A stretch of DNA of 64,000 nucleotides from an uncultured virus (IMG/VR IMGVR_UViG_2690315748_000003) (IMGVR_UViG_2690315748_000003:1-64000); one strand, 5' to 3'. Shown: positions 51,625 through 61,280, numbered from the stretch's first letter. Notes: generated by a model from the letters alone, not told the origin. Numbers and translations: made by a program.

Positions 51625-52552
51625 TGCAAGAGGGATCGACGTATCCAGATATCAAGGAAAGATTGATTGGAAGGCGGTTAAGGCTGATGGTATTTCATTT
51701 GCCTTCGTTAAAGCAAGTCAGGGACAACGTTATGTTGATCCGACATTCATTACAAATGCCAAAAGGGCCAAGGAAGCAGGTGTATTACTGGGAGCATACC
51801 ATTTCCTAGATGCAACCAACGTTGACGCAGCAAAAGTAGAAGCAAAGCATTTTGCTGATGTGTTGGACCAGGTTGGAGGCGCTAAAACGTTGGACCTTCC
51901 TCCGGTGATGGACTATGAAAACAATCCCGGCAACTTGTCCAAAACACTTATTAGTGCTGTAGCTTTGGCCTTCCTGCTTGAGCTGGAGAGACTTACAGGA
52001 CGCAAGCCCATTATCTATACAGGCAATGCATTCGCAGCTAATTTTAACGCCTCATTGGGCGGTTACCCACTATGGATAGCCCGGTATAGTGATACTCGCG
52101 TCCCAAGCGATACAGTGACGTGGAAACGTTGGGATATTTGGCAATATAGCGATAGCGGCAAGGTAGCAGGGATAAAAGGGAACGTGGATATGAATGAGTA
52201 TGATGGTACGGCGGACGAGCTGCGTGAACGTTTCACAAAGCGCCCTGAGCAGCCGGAGACAGTCACGTCCGGTACGTTCATCGTAAATGGCAAACAGGTA
52301 GGGAAGACGCTGCTCTTTAGTGGCAGGACGTATGTTCCGCTGCGTGTGCTTGCTACTGTGTTGGGCTTATCGTGTCATTGGGACACCAGTCTCAAGGTCG
52401 CTTATTTAAATGGAGCCAAGCTGCATTTTATCCAACTGGTCGAAGGAGTGGCATACGTGCAGCTCAGACCCGTTGCGGAGGCATACGGCGCTGTAGTGTC
52501 CTGGGATTCAAAAAATAAAATCGCATCGTTGAAAACGAAAGGGGATAAATAA
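51602..52552 (+). CDS. GH25 lysozyme endolysin
   Basis: GIDVSRYQG, GAYHF, MDYE, WQYS, NVDMN; C-terminal cell-wall-binding repeats. Confidence 0.92.
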   Translation: MQRRNSRNARGIDVSRYQGKIDWKAVKADGISFAFVKASQGQRYVDPTFITNAKRAKEAGVLLGAYHFLDATNVDAAKVEAKHFADVLDQVGGAKTLDLPPVMDYENNPGNLSKTLISAVALAFLLELERLTGRKPIIYTGNAFAANFNASLGGYPLWIARYSDTRVPSDTVTWKRWDIWQYSDSGKVAGIKGNVDMNEYDGTADELRERFTKRPEQPETVTSGTFIVNGKQVGKTLLFSGRTYVPLRVLATVLGLSCHWDTSLKVAYLNGAKLHFIQLVEGVAYVQLRPVAEAYGAVVSWDSKNKIASLKTKGDK

Positions 52553-52554
52553 TC

Positions 52555-53115
52555 ATGCAAACCATTATCGAAACTGTACAGCCTTATGTAAATACCATTG
52601 TCACAGCCGCTGCGGGTGTACTTACAGCGTTTGTTTTAGGAGGTCTGAACAAACTCAAGACTAAGGTTAACGTATGGTTAGAGGCGCGTACAACGGCAGC
52701 ACAGAGGGAAGTAATTCATAAGATCGCTGGGGAAGGATTTGCTTTTGCTCAGACAGCTTTTAAGCAAGCTGGAGGCGAGCGCAAGCTTCAAGAGGCTTTA
52801 CAGTATGCTACACTCCGTTTGGCAGAACAAGGTATTACAGTGTCAGTTGTGGAGCTTCAAGCCGCGATTGAGAAAGCATACCTGGAGTATAAGGCTAAGA
52901 CAAAAGCGGTACTCGCTACTGAAGCACAGCCGAACGAGGAGACAGCACAGACCGCAGCTAAGGAAGCTGTATCGGATCTGGCTGCAAAGCTTAATGATTT
53001 CTTGGCACAGGCTACAGCTGAGATAGCGACCATTGCTCCTGCTCAGGTTCAACCTGAACCAGAGCCTATTCCCGCACCAGTAGAATCGGAACAAACACCT
53101 GTTACTGCGGATTAA
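52555..53115 (+). CDS. LL-H-family holin-like protein
   Basis: N-terminal TM, GERKLQEA..AAIEKAY. Confidence 0.7.
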   Translation: MQTIIETVQPYVNTIVTAAAGVLTAFVLGGLNKLKTKVNVWLEARTTAAQREVIHKIAGEGFAFAQTAFKQAGGERKLQEALQYATLRLAEQGITVSVVELQAAIEKAYLEYKAKTKAVLATEAQPNEETAQTAAKEAVSDLAAKLNDFLAQATAEIATIAPAQVQPEPEPIPAPVESEQTPVTAD

Positions 53116-53275
53116 GGCCAATGCAGCTACAGTTACAAAGTAATTCATCAAAAAAGTACCCTGCTGGTTTGTGCTGGCAGGGTATTGAAAATGTGTTAAT
53201 TAGAAAAATTGAATTATTTGCATATTATTTTATCTTTTTATCATTGTTAATTGAAGTTACAAAGGTGGATTTATA

Positions 53276-54112
53276 TTGTTTCATATACTAAGAATTATAG
53301 TAATTACCTTAGGGTTATTTTGTTCTCCGACAGGCATGTATAGTTTAACGAGTACGAGTGGTGATTTCCACCAAGAAGTGAAAGTGTTAAAGGTTGACAA
53401 GAATTATAGGGCATGGCAAGGTGTCGCTTCTGACGGAACAAATATTTACATTACATCTGACCGTGATGAAAATTTCAAGCTTTCCAATACGATATCTACA
53501 TACACAATTGACGGTAGTTTTGTAACTGAGAAAACGAATGCTTATACAGAAACAGATCAGAAAGGGCTTTTTATGTCTTTCGGGGATTGTTACATTACAG
53601 ATGGGTACCTTTACGCAACGGTATATAATTTTAATTCGGGGCCATCAACAGAGGAACGAATAAGTAGAATTGTAAAGTATAGCCTTCCTGATTTGAAACA
53701 GGTAGATGAGTTCGACATAGGGTATGGCACAGCAGAGTCTTTAGCAGAATATAATAATACGTACTGGGTAGTTTACCATGACTTAAATGAGATTAGACAA
53801 TTTGATAAAGATTTTAATCTAATAAAGTCATACCCCTTATCAGAGAACTTTGGAAATGATGGTGGTTATCAAGGTATCTTTTTTGATGAGGATGAGTTAT
53901 ACGCTAACCTACATGGCGCCAATAAATATGGAGAAAATTATGCGCAAGGACTGGATCATTACCATTTTAATGGTAGGGAGTTTAGATTTATTGAGCGTAT
54001 AAAACCCCCTACATATGGAGCAGGTCAAGGTGTTGAAAAAGTTGGAAAATTATATCTATGGGCTGATCGTCCTGGAAATAGCATAATAGTTACCGAAAAA
54101 ATTAAGAATTAA
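53276..54112 (+). CDS. Exported beta-propeller protein, paralogue of the tail-fibre domain
   Basis: Hydrophobic N-terminus; shares RAWQGV, GLFMSFGD, YHD, SYPL, GGYQGI, LYAN.HG, PPT.G..QG with 45160-46668. Confidence 0.85.
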   Translation: MFHILRIIVITLGLFCSPTGMYSLTSTSGDFHQEVKVLKVDKNYRAWQGVASDGTNIYITSDRDENFKLSNTISTYTIDGSFVTEKTNAYTETDQKGLFMSFGDCYITDGYLYATVYNFNSGPSTEERISRIVKYSLPDLKQVDEFDIGYGTAESLAEYNNTYWVVYHDLNEIRQFDKDFNLIKSYPLSENFGNDGGYQGIFFDEDELYANLHGANKYGENYAQGLDHYHFNGREFRFIERIKPPTYGAGQGVEKVGKLYLWADRPGNSIIVTEKIKN

Positions 54113-54356
54113 TTCTGTTTCCGTTTGCTAAGATGAATTTAGATGGAAAATTAATGATATACAAAAAATTACTAAGCATTGTATAATCATAACAACACAT
54201 TCGGAAGCACCGTTGTGCAATCCGAAAGCATCGGTGATACCCTGCTGGCATACGCTGGTGGGGTGTTTTTCTGTTTTATAGGGGGTGCTATTGCTAAAAA
54301 CAAATAAAGTATTTTCTTAGTGCTTAGGCTAAGAAAATACTTTATTTAATGTCTGT

Positions 54357-54629
54357 TTAATCTTCAGGTTTCAAAAAAACTTTATAGGTTATATCATGAG
54401 CTACCGAGCTTTGAGTGCTTGGGCTAGCATCAAAATTATAGTCGTACGGGTTTGTATCAAAACTATACATAACATCTAGCACACGATAAAGTTTATTATT
54501 CCATAAAATCATTTCTCCTTTTCTTGGGACAAAAGGCAGGGCAACCAGGTCGAAATTTTCAGCGTAGTAGCCCTCTTTATCATTTAATACAATTGCTAAT
54601 TCGATAACTTTCAATTCCTCACCTCTCAA
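54357..54629 (-). CDS. Hypothetical protein
   Basis: LPFVPRKGEMI; downstream of secreted protein. Confidence 0.55.
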   Translation of the reverse strand: MRGEELKVIELAIVLNDKEGYYAENFDLVALPFVPRKGEMILWNNKLYRVLDVMYSFDTNPYDYNFDASPSTQSSVAHDITYKVFLKPED

Positions 54630-54644
54630 ATGTAGAAATACTCT

Positions 54645-55172
54645 TTAATTAATAACTACTACTCTTGGAGGCGAAAAGCAAGATGCAGGTCCTTTATCTG
54701 TATAAAGTTGAGCAACTCCGCCGACTGTGTAAGTCCCTGGTTGACTGTATTCCCATGTTTGACTGAGAGTTACTCCCCCAGTATTCGGCCCTTTAAAACT
54801 GGTAGCTTCCGTCCAACCGGCTCCCGTTTTAAAAGAAGCATTGACTTCTCTTATAATTGAGTCCGTTGCAATACCCCACTCCACCGTTACTGTTCTTCCA
54901 TTCTTAGTTACATTAAACGATTTGGTTACCCACACAGGCGCTATTATTGATTGGATACTTTCATTGGAATTTGAGGAATCAGGAGCTAATTGTGAAGAAG
55001 ATGGTTCGACTGATAAGGGCTGAGCTTGAATAGAATTTTCGACTGATGAGGACTGATCTTGAGTAGGGGTGACGCTTTGGGCAGATACCGGGACAACTAA
55101 TATCACTGAAATTAGAAAGGATAAAAATAGAGACGACAGTTTTTTACTCATTTTTATACGCACCTCTTCCAA
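54645..55172 (-). CDS. Secreted protein
   Basis: Signal peptide, Ser-rich linker, beta domain. Confidence 0.65.
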   Translation of the reverse strand: MEEVRIKMSKKLSSLFLSFLISVILVVPVSAQSVTPTQDQSSSVENSIQAQPLSVEPSSSQLAPDSSNSNESIQSIIAPVWVTKSFNVTKNGRTVTVEWGIATDSIIREVNASFKTGAGWTEATSFKGPNTGGVTLSQTWEYSQPGTYTVGGVAQLYTDKGPASCFSPPRVVVIN

Positions 55173-55765
55173 ATTATTTTTATACTAAATCCTTAAATAT
55201 AAGGATGAAGTAAACCATTGATGGAACATATAGGTTATATTTTCCATATCATTGTAACCTCATCTTTCTATTAAATAGAGTTGTAGATTTTTGTCAACAA
55301 CGCCTATGTGACGCCAGTGGGCGCTATAGCGCTGCGTGGATCTCGTTCGGATCGGAGAGAGCTGCCGCGTTCCGGATGCTTGGGCTTCAGCTCGGAGTCG
55401 CATCCACATTTTTAGCAGCATTCATTCAGCCCCCGTGCTAAATAGCTCAATTCAATTGGAGCTTGAGCCTTGAAGGTGGCTATATCCACCCTAATAAAGT
55501 ATCCAAAGGATCAAGAGTAATTGAAACGCACCAGATCGAAAACAGAAAAGGGCAGGAGGAATAGAACTCTAACTGCTCTTTTTTTGCCTTGGACAACGAA
55601 CACTTGTTTACATATAATATTTGCAGAGGCTTTCAGTATGAACCATACATATTGCATTTACAAAATCACCCAAAACAATTATACTTATCTTATAATCCGA
55701 AAGTATCGGTAGCACTCTGCTGGCTCAAGCCGGTGGGGTGTTTTTACGTTTAGGGAGGTTTACAA

Positions 55766-56212
55766 ATGTTAAAATGGATATTTACCGTGTTGATAACAGT
55801 CCTATTAGCTGGATGCAGTGTACAACAAGACGTTGTAAAGACCACTAAGAGTGACTCTGTAGCCGTTCCGGTAACGCAGATATCTGCCGATACGGTTAAG
55901 CTGGAATTCCCGTCAGCCAAGTACCCGGAAACGGCCCAGCACATCAAGGAGGCCATTGCAGCAGGTAAGTCACCAGTATGCACCATAGATCGCGAAGGAG
56001 CCGATCATAACCGCGACCTGTCCCTAAAGGGTGTGCCCACCAAGAAGGGCAAAGATCGAGATGAATGGCCTATGGCGATGTGTGCGGAAGGTGGAGAGGG
56101 TGCAGACATTAAGTACATAAGTCCAAAGGATAATCGTGGAGCTGGATCGTGGGTAGGTCACAAGCTGGATAACTATGCTGACGGAACAAAAGTTGAATTT
56201 ATCGTGAAATAG
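55766..56212 (+). CDS. NucA/NucB-family DNase lipoprotein
   Basis: LAGC lipobox; [30 protein letters not shown]. Confidence 0.9.
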   Translation: MLKWIFTVLITVLLAGCSVQQDVVKTTKSDSVAVPVTQISADTVKLEFPSAKYPETAQHIKEAIAAGKSPVCTIDREGADHNRDLSLKGVPTKKGKDRDEWPMAMCAEGGEGADIKYISPKDNRGAGSWVGHKLDNYADGTKVEFIVK

Positions 56213-56349
56213 AAACTCTCCGCTAACCTTAATCGGTCGGCGGGGAGTCTTTTTCTCATTGCTCATATAGGATGTACCCATAAGATTTGGTATGTAATAT
56301 AAAAGCCCTCCATTAAAGGAAGGCTATAAAAAATCATAAAATTGTTTGA

Positions 56350-56514
56350 TTATAAATATGAACTAACCAAAGCGATTGCTAAAATAACAAGAATAACCAT
56401 AAAAAATATTTTATAACCAGGTTGCCCGTGTGTATTTTTTTTCTTCTTAATGTAGTAGACAGCCATATAACTTATTCCCCAAATAATCACTAAAACAGCT
56501 AAAATACTGGTCAT
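56350..56514 (-). CDS. Small 2-TM protein, possible immunity (54 aa, not in track)
   Basis: AAGGAG RBS; MTSILAVLVIIWGISYMAVYYIKKKKNTHGQPGYKIFFMVILVILAIALVSSYL. Confidence 0.6.
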   Translation of the reverse strand: MTSILAVLVIIWGISYMAVYYIKKKKNTHGQPGYKIFFMVILVILAIALVSSYL

Positions 56515-56536
56515 AGAGTCTCCTTACTGTGTCGTA

Positions 56537-57146
56537 TTACAAAGGTTCAACATCAAACACTGCCGCCCATGAAACAGAAACATAAACTCCGTTACCATTG
56601 TTATTAGCGCTCATACGAGCTGCAAACAATGCAAAGTATCCTGCGACTGATCCTGAAATACCTGAAACAGGAGGATACCAAGCAGTTGCCCCTGAAACGA
56701 GTGCGCCGCCACCTGCCACACTATTATAGTAATCTATCGCTTGTTTAGTTTGAGAGTCAGTGAATTTCCGATCATATCCCCACCAAATGGTAGGTCCAGG
56801 ATCCGTATTCTGCATTAAGCGAGATGGTATTGTCCTTTATGCTTAAATCGCTATTAACAGTAATTTTACCTGATTTTGATAACTCATTTAATTCATCAAA
56901 ATGCTTTTGTAAATCCGATAAATTATACTGGTTATAAATACTTTCAGGAACGTCTTTTAGGGACAATACCCCATCCTTAACTTGTACATAGGGTTTTACT
57001 GCCTCAACTGCACTCTTTTGAGTTACACTTGAACTTGAATTTTGTGTGATTTGTTCTGTGGATGATTCAGCAGATGCTGCAATTGGAGCGACTGCTGTAA
57101 GAGCCAATACACCTGAAAGAATGATTGCTGTGTTCTTTAACTTCAT
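56537..57146 (-). pseudogene. Secreted bacteriocin-like protein split by a 1-nt frameshift
   Basis: Removing one base at 56785-56787 joins ..GSWTYH to WWGYDRK.. Confidence 0.7.
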
Positions 57147-57419
57147 CCAGAACCGTCCTCTCGAAATGGTATTATTTTGAACTACCAATCCAGTGTACCA
57201 CAAAATAAGGAATAATTTGTGTGTTTTAAATAATTAAATGGAAAATGACCCTATAGAACTATTTGTCTTACAGTAGTCGACAATATTCAAAAAATATAAT
57301 TTAGTCGAATATCGAATGACAAAAATTTCAAAACTTATTGACAACTGTTAAATTATCGACAACAATAGATTGCAATAATATAAAAGTTTTGGAATTTCTG
57401 TATGAAGGGTGGATATGAC

Positions 57420-58835
57420 ATGAAGCATACACCTACGATTCGAGCAGAATTAGATAGTTATCTAGAACAAAAGGGTTTGAGCTTAGCGCAATTTGGACAA
57501 CTTGCAGGCATGAATAGGGGAATAATAAGTGCTATTGTGTCAGGGAATAAGTCTATGTCAGTTAACCAACTTGACTTAATCACTGAGGCTATGGGTTTAC
57601 CAGAGGGAGAGTTTTACGATCTGTTTATAGAAAACTACATTATTGATCATCCTCCAAATATGAGGCGAATCGAGCCGTTTTTGTTTCGCTGTGCGGAGTT
57701 GGGCAAGTTGGATGCAATCCGTCGAGTACTGGGAGCCATCATGGATAATCTGCTATATTCGCCCAAGCTATTTGAAATCGCAGAAGAATTATTGTCGCAG
57801 GGACGAAATGAGGCTGCTTTGCTGCTTTATGAGGGTGTAGCTGAAACAGAGAGATATCAACATTCTGAACGCTTGGCAGTCTGCCAATATCGTATATTCA
57901 CGATTCAAGTTGGAGACGACCAAAGCCGCAACCACAAGGCAGCTATACTATTTGAGCCTTATGTCGAGCGCCTAGATGAAATAGACCAGCTTGACGCATT
58001 GAAGGACTTAGCTAATGTATACAGGTCTTTGCGTAAATGGGACAAGGTAGACGAAATGGCAAGACAAATGAGAGCTAAAGCGGAAATCCAGTATAGTTTA
58101 AAACACCAAGAAAAACGTGAGTTACGAGATATTGAAAAGAGAACAAGAGGTCCGCTATTTGGATACATTGCTTATGCTGACCTATTGTGTGCAAGTGTTT
58201 GCGAAGCCCGGGGCGATTATCAGCAAGCTCTACAATATACATACGCCTATGCGGATTTAGACTGGGTTAAAGAGACCGACGAGGACACAAGACACTGGGT
58301 AAATTTGTTCAGTCAGTGGGCAGAAGGTAATGCTTACGTATATAAATTGTTGTCAGGAGAAACAAATCTACTGAATGAATATGTTGAATATATTGCTGTA
58401 ACATCAGCCGCTAATGAGAATGAAAAGCTCTCAAAACTGTTGAATGTTATAATCGCAGCAAACCAGTTCAGCATAAATGTAGACGATATACTCAAACGAT
58501 TTGAAAAACTAATCGGGACTTTTTCACAGCAACCATCATCAGATGATATGTATACCCGACAAGTGATACCGGATTATATCGCGTGGTTTGGTTACGAGTT
58601 AGGTTTTTATTATTTACATCGAGGAAAGTACAGTGATGGCTTTAAATATTTAATGAATGCAATGGTAAAGTCACATATAATAAATAATGAAACTTACTTT
58701 ATAAACTGTATGGGGTTATTTGTTCGTTTTCAAGCCCATGCGGTTCCTGAAACTAAAGCTGAGTATTTCAATCTTATTGAAAGGGTGTGGGAAAACAATG
58801 TTCAAAAAAATGGTGCTTTTAATCATTGCGGCTAG
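57420..58835 (+). CDS. RRNPP-type peptide receptor (HTH plus helical repeats), AloR-like
   Basis: N-terminal XRE HTH, all-helical body, overlapping small exported peptide gene. Confidence 0.75.
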   Translation: MKHTPTIRAELDSYLEQKGLSLAQFGQLAGMNRGIISAIVSGNKSMSVNQLDLITEAMGLPEGEFYDLFIENYIIDHPPNMRRIEPFLFRCAELGKLDAIRRVLGAIMDNLLYSPKLFEIAEELLSQGRNEAALLLYEGVAETERYQHSERLAVCQYRIFTIQVGDDQSRNHKAAILFEPYVERLDEIDQLDALKDLANVYRSLRKWDKVDEMARQMRAKAEIQYSLKHQEKRELRDIEKRTRGPLFGYIAYADLLCASVCEARGDYQQALQYTYAYADLDWVKETDEDTRHWVNLFSQWAEGNAYVYKLLSGETNLLNEYVEYIAVTSAANENEKLSKLLNVIIAANQFSINVDDILKRFEKLIGTFSQQPSSDDMYTRQVIPDYIAWFGYELGFYYLHRGKYSDGFKYLMNAMVKSHIINNETYFINCMGLFVRFQAHAVPETKAEYFNLIERVWENNVQKNGAFNHCG

Positions 58836-58920
58836 CTTTTTGTTGATTGTTACTGTGCCGGATCAAGCCTTTAACCACCACCATAGTATTCAGCCTAACG
58901 TTACCATTGGAGGATTTTAA
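58798..58920 (+). CDS. Signalling pro-peptide (AloP/AimP/Phr-like, 40 aa)
   Basis: MFKKMVLLIIAASFLLIVTVPDQAFNHHHSIQPNVTIGGF; terminator follows. Confidence 0.75.
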   Translation: MFKKMVLLIIAASFLLIVTVPDQAFNHHHSIQPNVTIGGF

Positions 58921-59004
58921 AGCTAAAGCTCTGCCAACCTTATGGTTGGTAGGGCTTTCTTTAGTGCAGGAATTACCACACATACGGCAGAATAACTATC
59001 TGAG

Positions 59005-59241
59005 GTGATCAGCATGAACCATACATATAAAGTGTTAAAGTCAGATATAGAACTATTTGCAGCTGCATTAAGCCAGGTAAAGGTGTACGTTGTTCAGTCG
59101 TTAGGCGAGGATTTTATATCGGTTGTAGACTATGGTGGCACTATAGAAAAGTTTTCGCCTGAATCGGTCAAGATTGCCGGAGCTTATTACATACGGAATC
59201 AATTTGAATTTAGAGTAGATGTAAAAGACTCTACTGGGTAA
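59005..59241 (+). CDS. Hypothetical protein
   Basis: GAGGTG RBS, sigma-H-like promoter 58966-58995, terminator. Confidence 0.6.
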   Translation: MISMNHTYKVLKSDIELFAAALSQVKVYVVQSLGEDFISVVDYGGTIEKFSPESVKIAGAYYIRNQFEFRVDVKDSTG

Positions 59242-59348
59242 CTAGAGAGTCTTTTTTTTGTTTTGTTACAACATGCGAGATACTTCGACATTACTAATAA
59301 AGTAATATGAAGGTGAATGTAATCCATATTACTAGGAGGTTTTATACT

Positions 59349-59792
59349 ATGAAGAAATTCTGTGTTTTATGTTCAACATTCTTTGTTCTCGCATGCGCAC
59401 TGGTATTGTTTTTACCTCAATCAAGTTTTGCAAAGACTAGTGATAATTTTCAATATGCTGTTTGGGATAGTGATTATGCAGAAACGTCAAGCGGAAAGAC
59501 ATTCAAAGTTACATTCAACAAACCCGTCAAAAATGTCCACTTTGGAGTTGTCTTGGATGATACTACGAACGTGGACTTTCCATGTGATGTGAAAATTCGA
59601 CTTGAACAAGACGGTCAAGTCTTCACTTGGAAAAAATTAAATTTCGATTCTGAAGGAGATAAGGATTATTCAAACAAATATAGCCAAACAATTGATCCAG
59701 GAACCTATAAAGTATACATAGAAGTTTCTAATGGTTCTGGTTCTCATTATATTAAGGGTAACGGTTATATTTATTACGATTATGCTAATTGA
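59349..59792 (+). CDS. Secreted protein
   Basis: AGGAGG RBS, signal peptide ending SFA. Confidence 0.65.
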   Translation: MKKFCVLCSTFFVLACALVLFLPQSSFAKTSDNFQYAVWDSDYAETSSGKTFKVTFNKPVKNVHFGVVLDDTTNVDFPCDVKIRLEQDGQVFTWKKLNFDSEGDKDYSNKYSQTIDPGTYKVYIEVSNGSGSHYIKGNGYIYYDYAN

Positions 59793-59880
59793 AATATATG
59801 ACTTTAAAATAGTCCATGCTACAGCAGCTGGTCACACATTAAAAAGCTCTGCTAACCTTAATTGGTCGGCAGAGCTTTTA

Positions 59881-60084
59881 TTATTTGAACAATTTTGAAA
59901 GCAGCTTGAATATATCAAACGTTGACCGATTGTACACCTTATTGTATGCCGCCTTACGTGGGTTTTTTAGCCATCCCCAACCCCGTGGCATCTTAATGCC
60001 TGCACGGTGTACAATCTGCCGTTTGAGGCTGGTACGAGCTGCTATGCGTTTGTTTAGGCTGGGTTTACGTAGGCCGTATTTCAT
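59881..60084 (-). CDS. Small basic phage protein
   Basis: GLRKPSLNKRIAARTS..PRKAAYNKVY. Confidence 0.65.
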   Translation of the reverse strand: MKYGLRKPSLNKRIAARTSLKRQIVHRAGIKMPRGWGWLKNPRKAAYNKVYNRSTFDIFKLLSKLFK

Positions 60085-60086
60085 AG

Positions 60087-60194
60087 TTATTCCTCTCTTT
60101 TACGGATCAATTTAACCACTACTGTTATCAACCCTGCTAACGCAGCAGCACTAACCAACATGGTAATAATCACAAACCAAATTGCCTTTACCAT
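60087..60194 (-). CDS. Single-TM peptide, type I toxin-like (35 aa, not in track)
   Basis: AGGAGGT RBS; MVKAIWFVIITMLVSAAALAGLITVVVKLIRKREE. Confidence 0.55.
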   Translation of the reverse strand: MVKAIWFVIITMLVSAAALAGLITVVVKLIRKREE

Positions 60195-60232
60195 AATTTT
60201 ACCTCCTAATATAGAGGAGCCTCAGACTTGCG

Positions 60233-60601
60233 TCACTTACTCAGTTTATATAGGCAATATTGGTTGAAGGATATGCCTTCTGCTGCTGCACGCTCCATCA
60301 AATGCTTATGCAGGGACTTTGGAGCACGTTGAAGCCACTTGCCGCTATATTGTTCCTCATTTACTGGTTCCGGTATCTCATCACCAAACTCAAGTTTTAC
60401 CTCAAGGTAACCCTCCATAGCTTCTCTAACCATTTTAAGGGCTTCTTCTGGTGTGTCACCATGGCTCTTGCAGCCTTCCAACTCCGCGACTGTAGCTAAG
60501 TGGTAGCTTCCGCTTTCGTCGTTCATATGCTTAATCTGAATTGTATACGGGAGCGCCATGTAATACGCTATGTCTTTTTGGATCGGTTTTTCATTTGCCA
60601 T
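60233..60601 (-). CDS. hicB: HicB antitoxin
   Basis: ELEGCKSHGDTPEEA, YSGKWLQRAPKSLH, EGISFNQY. Confidence 0.9.
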   Translation of the reverse strand: MANEKPIQKDIAYYMALPYTIQIKHMNDESGSYHLATVAELEGCKSHGDTPEEALKMVREAMEGYLEVKLEFGDEIPEPVNEEQYSGKWLQRAPKSLHKHLMERAAAEGISFNQYCLYKLSK

Positions 60602-60648
60602 ATTAATGTAGGCTAGGATAAAATGACTTTGAGAACAAAGGGGAGGTA

Positions 60649-60873
60649 CTACTCCCCGATGATCTCCAGTACGTCTTTGACGTACGCCGCCTTGACGGGT
60701 GTTTCAAAAGGTATCGGGAGCGTGTCTCCTGACTCATTTCGGAATATGTGATGCGAACCCTTAATTCGTACCACTATGTAACCCAGATGATTCAGGACTT
60801 TTGCTATCTCCGCGAACCTAATCCCGTTAGGGCGGTTTTTCATTTTCTCGATGATTTTATCGACCCTAGCCAT
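60649..60873 (-). CDS. hicA: HicA mRNA interferase toxin
   Basis: KGSHHIF motif, upstream of hicB. Confidence 0.9.
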   Translation of the reverse strand: MARVDKIIEKMKNRPNGIRFAEIAKVLNHLGYIVVRIKGSHHIFRNESGDTLPIPFETPVKAAYVKDVLEIIGE

Positions 60874-61007
60874 GTCTCACCTCCTAAATACATGATATCA
60901 CATATGATATCATTATACAAGGTTGTGAAGTGTTTTTTTTGGAATAATATTCTTAATTTTATAAGAACTCATGTTTGTATATAATAGTAACAAAGGAGTG
61001 GATCGCT

Positions 61008-61280
61008 TTGTTACCAGACATCGAGCGTAAGTTACTGCATATTCTTTACAACTTTTTTGCACAGAAACGACGAATGCCAACTATGAATGAGTTGGAGATC
61101 AAGACAGGTAGGAGTGTAACGGATATAAAGGCAGGACTGCTGGCCTTGGAGAAGGATAACTATATTACTTGGGAAGACAAGTCAAACACGCAGCACATTG
61201 TAGTTCTGGAGGGCTGGGAGCGGGGGCAGATCAGACCTATGTCGGCAGGAGATGCCAGTAGATATTTTACGGAATATTAA
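61008..61280 (+). CDS. LexA-N-like winged-helix protein
   Basis: RRMPTMNEL..LLALEKDNYI; SOS-box-like GAACTCATGTTT at 60965. Confidence 0.6.
   Translation: MLPDIERKLLHILYNFFAQKRRMPTMNELEIKTGRSVTDIKAGLLALEKDNYITWEDKSNTQHIVVLEGWERGQIRPMSAGDASRYFTEY

Noticed and set aside
45553..54112. Tail-fibre duplication as a diversity-generating retroelement or invertible cassette
   Set aside because: No reverse transcriptase or invertase; similarity is protein-level and not adenine-specific
55634..55652. CAGTATGAACCATACATAT resembling the start of ORF 59005-59241
   Set aside because: Only about 19 nt; likely a rearrangement scar, and the ORF behind it is short
53156..59879. Repeated hairpins as a CRISPR array
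   Set aside because: Irregular kb-scale spacing, degenerate copies, no cas genes
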